Source: Eimeria praecox
Taxonomy: Eukaryota
Assembly: GCA_963920595.1 (NCBI GenBank)
Contig: OY986947.1
Location: 248,001-312,000 of the forward strand
Reading direction: 5' to 3'
DNA: 64,000 bases
Shown: piece after piece, positions 55,101-64,000 of the stretch
Layout: each line of letters starts with the position of its first letter
How positions within the stretch are numbered: the stretch's first letter is position 1
Position numbers and translations under genes: made by a program
Notes under the pieces: model-generated
The model's input: only the letters and a program-made list of their open reading frames with translations
What the model was told of the DNA's origin: nothing
Database searches by the model: none

Positions 55101-58100
55101 CCCACCTCCACACAACAGGCAGCGGAACCCATGATTCACAAACCAGCTCATTGAGAGAGCCTAACCCTGTCCGCAGTATCATACCCAATCGTCCCAATCA
55201 TCATGCATCTAGCGTTTCCACCTCAGCACGCACACCCGCGGAAACGCTCAACACGCAACACCCTCACAACCAGTGGCAAACGTGCCACAACACCACCGCC
55301 GAAAAAGAATGCAGACATTCACCAACCCCGCTCTAGACAGTCGATCGTATGTGCAACGTCTGACGGGAATTGCCGCCTCCAAGCTAGAGGCTCCTCCACT
55401 GTTTCGATACTACAATCACAACCACGTAGCTGCTGCACAAGAAAAAGCAAGGCGCGCAGCACAACTCCCTGATGAGCACGATTCTTGCATTCCTCACCTT
55501 GCTGCCCGTCGGTGCTGTCATGCATCCGCTCCCACCCACCTCCACACAACAGGCAGTGGAACCCATGATTCACAAACCAGCTCATTGAGAGAGCCTAACC
55601 CTGTCCGCAATATCATACCCAATCGTCCCAATCATCATGCATCTAGCGTTCCCACCTCAGCACGCACACCCGCGGAAACTCTCAACATGCAACACCCTCA
55701 CAACCAGTGGCAAACGTGCCACAACACCACCGCCGAAAAAGAATGCAGACATTCACCAACGCCGATCTAGACAGTCGATCGTATGTGCAACGTCTGACGG
55801 GAATTGCCGCCTCCAAGCTAGAGGCTCTTCCACTGTTTCGATACTACAATCACAACCACGTACCTGCTGCACAAGAAAAAACAACGCGCCCAGCACAACT
55901 CCCTGATGAGCACGATTCTTCCATTCCTCACCTTGCTGCCCGTCGGTGCTGTCATGCATCCGCTCCCACCCACCTCCACACAACAGGCAGTGGAACCCAT
56001 GATTCACAAACCAGCTCATTGAGAGAGCCTAACCCTGTCCGCAATACCAAACCCAATCGTCCCAATCATCATGCATCTAGCGTTCCCACCTCAGCACGCA
56101 CACCCGCGAAAACGCTCAACACGCAACACCCTCACAACCAGTGGCAAACGTGCCACAACACCACCGCCGAAAAAGAATGCAGACATTCACCAACCCCGCT
56201 CTAGACAGTCGATCGTATGTGCAACGTCTGACGGGAATTGCCGCCTCCAAGCTAGAGGCTCCTCCACTGTTTTGATACTACAATCACAACCACGTACCTG
56301 CTGCACAAGAAAAAACAACGCGCGCAGCACAACTCCCTGATGAGCACGATTCTTCCATTCCTCACCTTGCTGCCAGTCGGTGCTGTCATGCATCCGCTCC
56401 CACCCACCTCCACACAACAGGCAGTGGAACCCATGATTCACAAACCAGCTCATTGAGAGAGCCTAACCCTGTCCGCAATATCATACCCAATCGTCCCAAT
56501 CATCATGCATCTAGCGTTCCCACCTCAGCACGCACACCCGCGGAAACGCTCAACACGCAACACCCTCACAACCAGTGGCAAACGTGCCACAACACCACCG
56601 CCGAAAAAGAATGCAGACATTCACCAACGCCGATCTAGACAGTCGATCGTATGTGCAACGTCTGACGGGAATTGCCGCCTCCAAGCTAGAGGCTCTTCCA
56701 CTGTTTCGATACTACAATCACAACCACGTACCTGCTGCACAAGAAAAAACAACGCGCCCAGCACAACTCCCTGATGAGCACGATTCTTCCATTCCTCACC
56801 TTGCTGCCCGTCGGTGCTGTCATGCATCCGCTCCCACCCACCTCCACACAACAGGCAGTGGAACCCATGATTCACAAACCAGCTCATTGAGAGAGCCTAA
56901 CCCTGTCCGCAATACCATACCCAATCGTCCCAATCATCATGCATCTAGCGTTCCCACCTCAGCACGCACACCCGCGGAAACGCTCAACACGCAACACCCT
57001 CACAACCAGTGGCAAACGTGCCACAACACCACCGCCGAAAAAGAATGCAGACATTCACCAACCCCGCTCTAGACAGTCGATCGTATGTGCAACGTCTGAC
57101 GGGAATTGCCGCCTCCAAGCTAAAGGCTCCTCCACTGTTTTGATACTACAATCACAACCACGTACCTGCTGCACAAGAAAAAACAACGCGCGCAGCACAA
57201 CTCCCTGATGAGCACGATTCTTCCATTCCTCACCTTGCTGCCAGTCGGTGCTGTCATGCATCCGCTCCCACCCACCTCCACACAACAGGCAGTGGAACCC
57301 ATGATTCACAAACCAGCTCATTGAGAGAGCCTAACCCTGTCCGCAATATCATACCCAATCGTCCCAATCATCATGCATCTAGCGTCCCCACCTCAGCACG
57401 CACACCCGCGGAAACGCTCAACATGCAACACCCTCACAACCAGTGGCAAACGTGCCACAACACCACCGCCGAAAAAGAATGCAGACATTCACCAACCCCG
57501 ATCTAGACAGTCGATCGTATGTGCAACGTCTGACGGGAATTGCTGCCTCCAAGCTAGAGGCTCCTCCAGTTTCGATACTACAATCACAACCACGTACCTG
57601 CTGCACAAGAAAAAACAATGCGCGCAGCACAAGTCCCTGATGAGCACGATTCTTCCATTCCTCACCTTGCTGCCCGTCGGTGCTGTCATGCATCCGCTCC
57701 CACCCACCTCCACACAACAGGCAGTGGAACCCATGATTCACAAACAAGATCATTGAAAGAGCCTAACCCTGTCCGCAATACCATACCCAATCGTCCCAAT
57801 CATCATGCATCTAGCGTCCCCACCTCAGCACGCACACCCGCGGAAACGCTCAACTTCCAACACCCTCACAACCAGTGGCAAACGTGCCACAGCATCACCG
57901 CCGAAAAAGAATGCAGACATTCACCAACCCCGATCTAGACAGTCGATCGTATGTGCAACGTCTGATGGGAATTGCCGCCTCCAAGCTAGAGGCTCTTCCA
58001 CTGTTTCGATACTACAATCACAACCACGTACCTCCTGCACAAGAAAAAACAATGCGCGCAGCACAACTCCCTGATGAGCACGATTCTTCCATTCCTCACC

Positions 58101-61100
58101 TTGCTGCCCGTCGGTGCTGTCATGCATCCGCTCCCACCCACCTCCACACAACAGGCAGTGGAACCCATGATTCACAAACCAGCTCATTGAGAGAGCCTAA
58201 CCCTGTCCCCAATACCATACCCAATCGTCCCAATCATCATTCAGCTAGCGTTCCCATCTCAGCACGCACACCCGCGGAAACGCTCAACATGCAACACCCT
58301 CACAACCAGTGGCAAACGTGCCACAACACCACCGCCGAAAAAGAATGCAGACATTCACCAACCCCGCTCTAGACAGTCGATCGCATGTGCAACGTCTGAC
58401 GGGAATTGGCACCTCCATGCTGGAGTCGCATCCACAGTTTCGATATTACAACCGCAATCACGCACTCCCTGCACAAGGAAAACACCGCGCCCAGCACAAC
58501 CCTTGATGAGCACGATTCTTGCGTTCCTCAGCTCCCTGCCCGTCGGTAGTGTCATGCATCCGCACCCACCCAGCTCCACACAACAGGCAGTAAAACCCAT
58601 GATTCAAAACAGCTCAATGAGAGAGCCTAACCCTGTCCCCAATGCCATACCCAATCGTCCAAACCGTCATGCATCTAGCGTCCCCACCTCAACACGCACT
58701 CCAACGCAAACACTCAGCATCCAACACCCCCACACCCAGTGGCAAGCGCAACACAACTCCCCCGCCGAAACCGAATCCAGAGCTTCACCAACGCCGCTCT
58801 AGGCAGTCGATCGTGTGTACAACCTCTGACGGGAATTGCCGCCTCCACGCTAGAGTCTCTTCCACTCTTTCGATTTTACAACAACAGCCACGCACGTCCT
58901 GCACAAGGAAAACAGCGCGTTCCTCACCTTGCCGCCTGTCGGTGCTGTCATGCATCCTCTCCCACCCACCTCCACACAACAGGCAGTAAAACCCATGATT
59001 CAAAACAGCTCATTGAGAGAGCCTAACCCTGTCCGCAATACCATGCCCAATCGTCCAAACCATCATGCGTCTAGCGTTCCCACCTCAACACGCACTTCCA
59101 CGCAAACACTTAACATCAAACACCCTCACAAGCAGTGGCTTACCTGCCACAACACCACCGCCGCAAACGGATCGAGAGCTTCAGCAACCGCGTTCAAGGT
59201 AGTCGATCGTGTGTACAACGTCTGACGGGAATTGCCGCCCCAAACTAGAGGCTCTTCCCCTGTTTCGATATTACAACCACAGAAACTCACCAGCTGCACA
59301 AGGAAACGCGCAACGAAGCGCAACCCCTGATGAGCACAATTCTTGCGTTCTTCAACTCCCTGCCCGTCGGTGGTGTCATGCATCCGCTCCCACCCACCTC
59401 CACACAACAGGCAGTGGAACCCATGATTAAAACCAGCACATCGAGAGAGCCTAACCCTGTCCGCAATACCATACCCTATCGTCCAAATCCTCATGCATCT
59501 AGCGTTCCCACCTCAACACCTACAACCACGCAAACATTCACCATCCAACACCCTCACACCCAATGACAAACCCGCCACAACACCACCGCCCAAAAAGAAT
59601 GCAGATACGCACCACCCGCGCGTTTTAGACAGTCCATCGTGTGTACAGCGTCTGACGGGAATTGCCGCCTCCAAGCTAGAGTCTCTTCCAATGTTTCGAT
59701 ATTACAGCCACAACCACGCACTTCCTGCTCAGGCGAAACAGTGCGAGCAGCACATTCCGCTGATACGCACGATTCTTGCGTTCCTCACCTTGCCGCCGGT
59801 CGGGACTGTCATGCATCCGCTCCCACCCACCTCCACACAACAGGCAGTGGAACCCATGATTCACAAACCAGCTCATTGAGAGAGCCTAACGATGTCCGCA
59901 ATGCCATACCCTATCGTCCAAAGCATCATGCATCTAGCGTTCCCATCTCAGCACGCACACCCGCGGAAACGCTCAGCATCCAATACCCTCACAACCAGTG
60001 CGAAGCGCTCCACAACACCACCGCCGAAAAAGAGCGCAGACATTCACCAACCCCGCTCTAGACAGTCGATCCTCTGTGCAACGTCTGACGGGAATTGCCG
60101 CGTCCACGCTAGAGGCTCTTCCACTGTTTCGATATTACAACCACAGAAACGCACCAGCTGAACAAGGAAACGCGCAGCGCAGCACAACCCCTGATGAGCA
60201 CGATTCTTGCATTCCTCACCTTCCCGCCCGTCGGTGCTGTCATGCATCCGCTCCCGCCCAGCTCCACACAACAAGCAGTAAAACCCATGATTCAAAACAG
60301 CTCATTGAGAGAGCCTAACCCTGTCCCCAATACCATACCCAATCGTCCAAACCATCATGCGTCTAGCGTTCCCACCTCAACACGCACTTCCACGCAAACA
60401 CTCAACATCCAAAACCCTCACACGCAGTGGCAGGCGTGCCACAACACCACCGCCGCAAACGGATCGAGAGCTTCAGCAACCCAGTTCAAGCCAGCCGATC
60501 GTGTGTACAACGTCTGACGGGAATTGCCGCCCCCAAACTAGAGGCTCTTCCCCTGTTTCGATATTACAACCACAGAAACTCACCAGCTGCACAAGGAAAC
60601 GCGCAACGAAGCGCAACCGCTGATGAGCACAATTCTTGCGTTCCTCAACTCCCTGCCCGTCGGTGGTGTCATGCATCCGCTCCCACCCACCTCCACACAA
60701 CAGGCAGTAGAACCCATGATTAAAACCAGCACATCGACAGAGCCTAACCCTGTCCGCAATACCATACCCTATCGTCCAAATCCTCATGCATCTAGCGTTC
60801 CCACCTCAACACCTACAACCACGCAAACATTCACCATCCAACACCCTCACACCCAATGACAAACCCGCCACAACACCACCGCCCAAAAAGAATGCAGATA
60901 CGCACCTCCCGCGCGTTTTAGACAGTCCATCGTGTGTACAGCGTCTGACGGGAATTGCCGCCTCCAAGCTAGAGGCTCTTCCACTGTTTCGATACTACAA
61001 TCACAACCACGTACCTGTTGCACAAGAAAAAACAGCGCGCGCAGCACAACTCCCTGATGAGCACGATTCTTGCATTCCTCACCTTGCCGCCCGTCGGTGC

Positions 61101-64000
61101 TGTCATGCATGCGCACCCACCCACCTCCACACAACACGCAGTGGAACCGATGATTCACAAACCAGCTCATTGAAAGAGCCTAACCCTGTCCGCAATACCT
61201 TACCCAATCGTCCAAACCATCATGCATCTAGCGTTCCCACCTCAATACGCATACCCGCGGAAACGCTCAACATGCAACACCCTCACACCCAGTGGCAAAC
61301 GTGCCACAACACCACCGCCGCAAACGGATCGAGAGCTTCAGCAACCGCGTTCAAGGCAGTCGATCGTGTGTACAACGTCTGACGGGAACTGCCGCCTCCA
61401 AGCTATAGGCTCTTCCACTGTTTCGATATTACAACCACAGAACCTCACCAGCTGAACAAGGAAACGCGCAGCGCAGCACAACCCCTGATGAGCACGATTC
61501 TTGCGTTCCTCACCTTCCCGCCCGTCGGTGCTATCATGCATCCGCCGCTCCCACCCAGCTCCACACAACAGGCAGTGGAACCCATGATTCAAAACAGCTC
61601 ATTGAGAGAGCCTAACCCTGTCCCCAATACCATCTCCAATCGTCCAAATCATCATGCATCTAGCGTTCCCACCTCAACACGCACACCCGCGGAAACGCTC
61701 AACATCCAACACCCTCACAGCCAGTGGCAAGCGTCTCACAACAGAAAAGAGCGCAGACATTCACCAACCCCGCTCTAGACAGTCGATCGTGTGTACAGCC
61801 TCTGACGGGAATTGGCACCTCCATGCTGGAGTCGCATCCACAGTTTCGATATTACAACCGCAATCACGCACTCCCTGCACAAGGAAAACACCGCGCCCAG
61901 CACAACCCTTGATGAGCACGATTCTTGCGTTCCTCAACTCCCTGCCCGTCGGTAGTGTCATGCATCCGCACCCACCCAGCTCCACACAACAGGCAGTAAA
62001 GCCCATGATTCAAAACAGCTCAATGAGAGAGCCTAACCCTGTCCCCAATGCCATACCCAATCGTCCAAACCGTCATGCATCTAGCGTCCCCACCTCAACA
62101 CGCACTCCAACGCAAACACTCAACATCCAACACCCCCACACCCAGTGGCAAGCGCAACACAACTCCCCCGCCGAAACCGAATCCAGAGCTTCACCAACGC
62201 CGCTCTAGGCAGTCGATCGTGTGTACAACCTCTGACGGGAATTGCCGCCTTCACGCTAGAGTCTCTTCCACTCTTTCGATTTTACAACAACAGCCACGCA
62301 CGTCCTGCACAAGGAAAACAGCGCGCGCAGCACAACCGCTGATGAGCACGATTCTTGCGTTCCCCACCTTGCCGCCTTTCGGTGCTGCCATATATCCGCT
62401 CCCACCCAGCTCCACACAACAGGCAGTAGAACCCATGATTCAGAACAGCACATCGAGAGAGCCTAACCCTGTCCACAATACCATACCCAATCGTCCAAAT
62501 CGTCATGCATCTGGCGTTCCCACCTCAACACGCACTCCAACGCAAACACTCAACATCCAACACCCTTACAACCATTGGCAAACGTTCCACAACATCGCCG
62601 CCGGAAAAGAATGCAGACATTCACCAACCCCGCTCTAGACAGTCGATCGTGTGTACAACCTGTGACAGATATTGCCACCTCCAAGCTAGAGTCCCTTCCA
62701 CTGCTTGGAAATTACAACCACAACCACCCACTCCCTGCACAAGGAAAACAGCGCGTTTCTCACCTTGCCGCCTGTCGGTGCTCTCATGCATCCGCTCCCA
62801 CCCACCTCCACACAGCAAGCACTGGAACCCATGATTCAAAACAGCTCACTGAAAGAGCCTAACCCTGTCCGCAATACCATACCCAATCGTCCCAATCATC
62901 ATGCATCTAGCGTTCCCACCTCAGCACGCACACCCGCGGAAACGCTCAACATGCAACACCCTCACAACCAGTGGCAAACGTGCCACAACACCACCGCCGA
63001 AAAAGAATGCAGACATTCGCCAACCCCGCTCTAGACAGTCGATCGTATGTGCAACGTCTGACGGGAATTGCCGCCTCCAAGCTAGAGGCTCTTCCACTGT
63101 TTCGATATTACAATCACAACCACGCACATCCTGCAGAAAAGAAATAGCGCCCACACCACAAACCCTGATGAACACGATTCTTGCGTTCTTCACCTTGCCG
63201 CGCGTCGGTGCTGTCATGCATCCGCTCCCACTCAACTCCACAAAATAGGCAGTGGAATCCGTACTTCGGCACAGCACATCAGAAAAGCCTAACCCTGTCC
63301 GCAATACCATACCCAATCGTCCAAATCATCATGCATCTAGCGTTCGCGCCTCAACACGCACACCTACGCAAACACTCAACATCCAACACCCTCACACCCA
63401 GTGGCAAACATTCCACAACATCACCGCCGGAAAAGAATGCAGACATTCACCAACCGCGCTCTAGACAGTCGATCGTGTGTGCAACGTCTGACGGGAATTG
63501 CAGCCTCCAAGCTAGAGTCTCTTCCACTCTTTCGATACTACAACCACGATCACACACGTCCTGCACAAGAGAAACAGCGCGCGCAGCAGAATTCCTCATA
63601 AGCACGATTCTTGCATTCCTCACCTTGTCGCCCGTCGGTGCTATCATGCATCCGCTCCCATCCAGGTCCGCACAACAGGCAGTGGAACCCATGAATCAAA
63701 ACAGCTCATTGAGAGAGCCTAACCCTGTCCGCAATACCATACCCAATCGTCCAAACCATCATGCGCTTACCCTTCCCACCTCACCACCTACAACAACGCA
63801 CCAACCCAGCATGCAACACCCTCACAATCAGTGACAAACGTGCCACAACATCACCGCCGAAAAAGAATGCAGACATTCACCAACCCCGTTCTAGCCAGTC
63901 GATCGTATGTGCAACGTCTGACGGGAATTGCCGCCTCCAAGCTAGAGTCTTTTCTACTGTTTCGATATTGCAACCACAACCACGCACTAGCTGCACAAGG
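22150..64000 (+). repeat. Satellite array, ~434-bp monomer (mostly 430-438 bp), ~98 head-to-tail copies, continues past window end
   Basis: Marker 'cattgagagagcctaaccctgtccgcaat' recurs every ~432-434 bp from ~22285 to ~63707. All copies share one orientation; the plus strand is strongly C/A-rich. Confidence 0.99.
23150..26659 (+). repeat. Trimeric higher-order repeat (431+307+433 bp; period 1171/1168), three tandem copies
   Basis: Deletion junction 'caataccata|tgcagacattc' at 23613, 24784, 25952 (and 27990), always preceded by the 'gatttaaaacag' monomer variant. Confidence 0.93.

Noticed and set aside
22300..64000. Hundreds of repeated 60-230 aa ORFs in the satellite
   Set aside because: The main monomer lengths (433/434) are not multiples of 3, frames shift with homopolymer indels, ORFs overlap in all frames, and no domain is recognisable.
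22150..64000. Tandem 5S rRNA or other RNA gene array
   Set aside because: Only 'accatac' and 'ccgatct' resemble 5S; the spacing is wrong and no box A/C internal promoter or T-run terminator is seen.
22150..64000. CRISPR array
   Set aside because: Whole monomers repeat with no unique spacers, there are no cas genes, and the context is eukaryotic.

Overview
Eukaryotic, essentially gene-free, repeat-built window, most likely nuclear DNA of a coccidian apicomplexan (Eimeria/Toxoplasma relatives; inferred from the plastid insert). No intact protein-coding gene is supportable, and the ORF track mostly reflects repeats. Left to right: (i) an old, diverged copy of a ~4-kb unit (1-4916) split by a 1.9-kb compound purine-pyrimidine microsatellite (666-2555); (ii) three near-identical tandem copies of the ~4-kb unit (4917-15764), one with a 598-bp internal duplication and one with a ~1.5-kb deletion; (iii) heavily decayed ~400-430-bp monomers (15765-22150), one cleanly interrupted by a ~1.1-kb AT-rich apicoplast-derived insertion (NUPT: rpl4 fragment with TGA at conserved Trp positions, decayed trnP/trnE/trnK/trnD cluster, probable rpoC2 fragment); (iv) a >=42-kb C/A-rich satellite of ~98 monomers of ~434 bp (22150-64000, runs off the window) with higher-order repeats, a homogeneous core and diverged edges. 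Much of the window appears to descend from one monomer family amplified at different times. Identities quoted are by-eye estimates.
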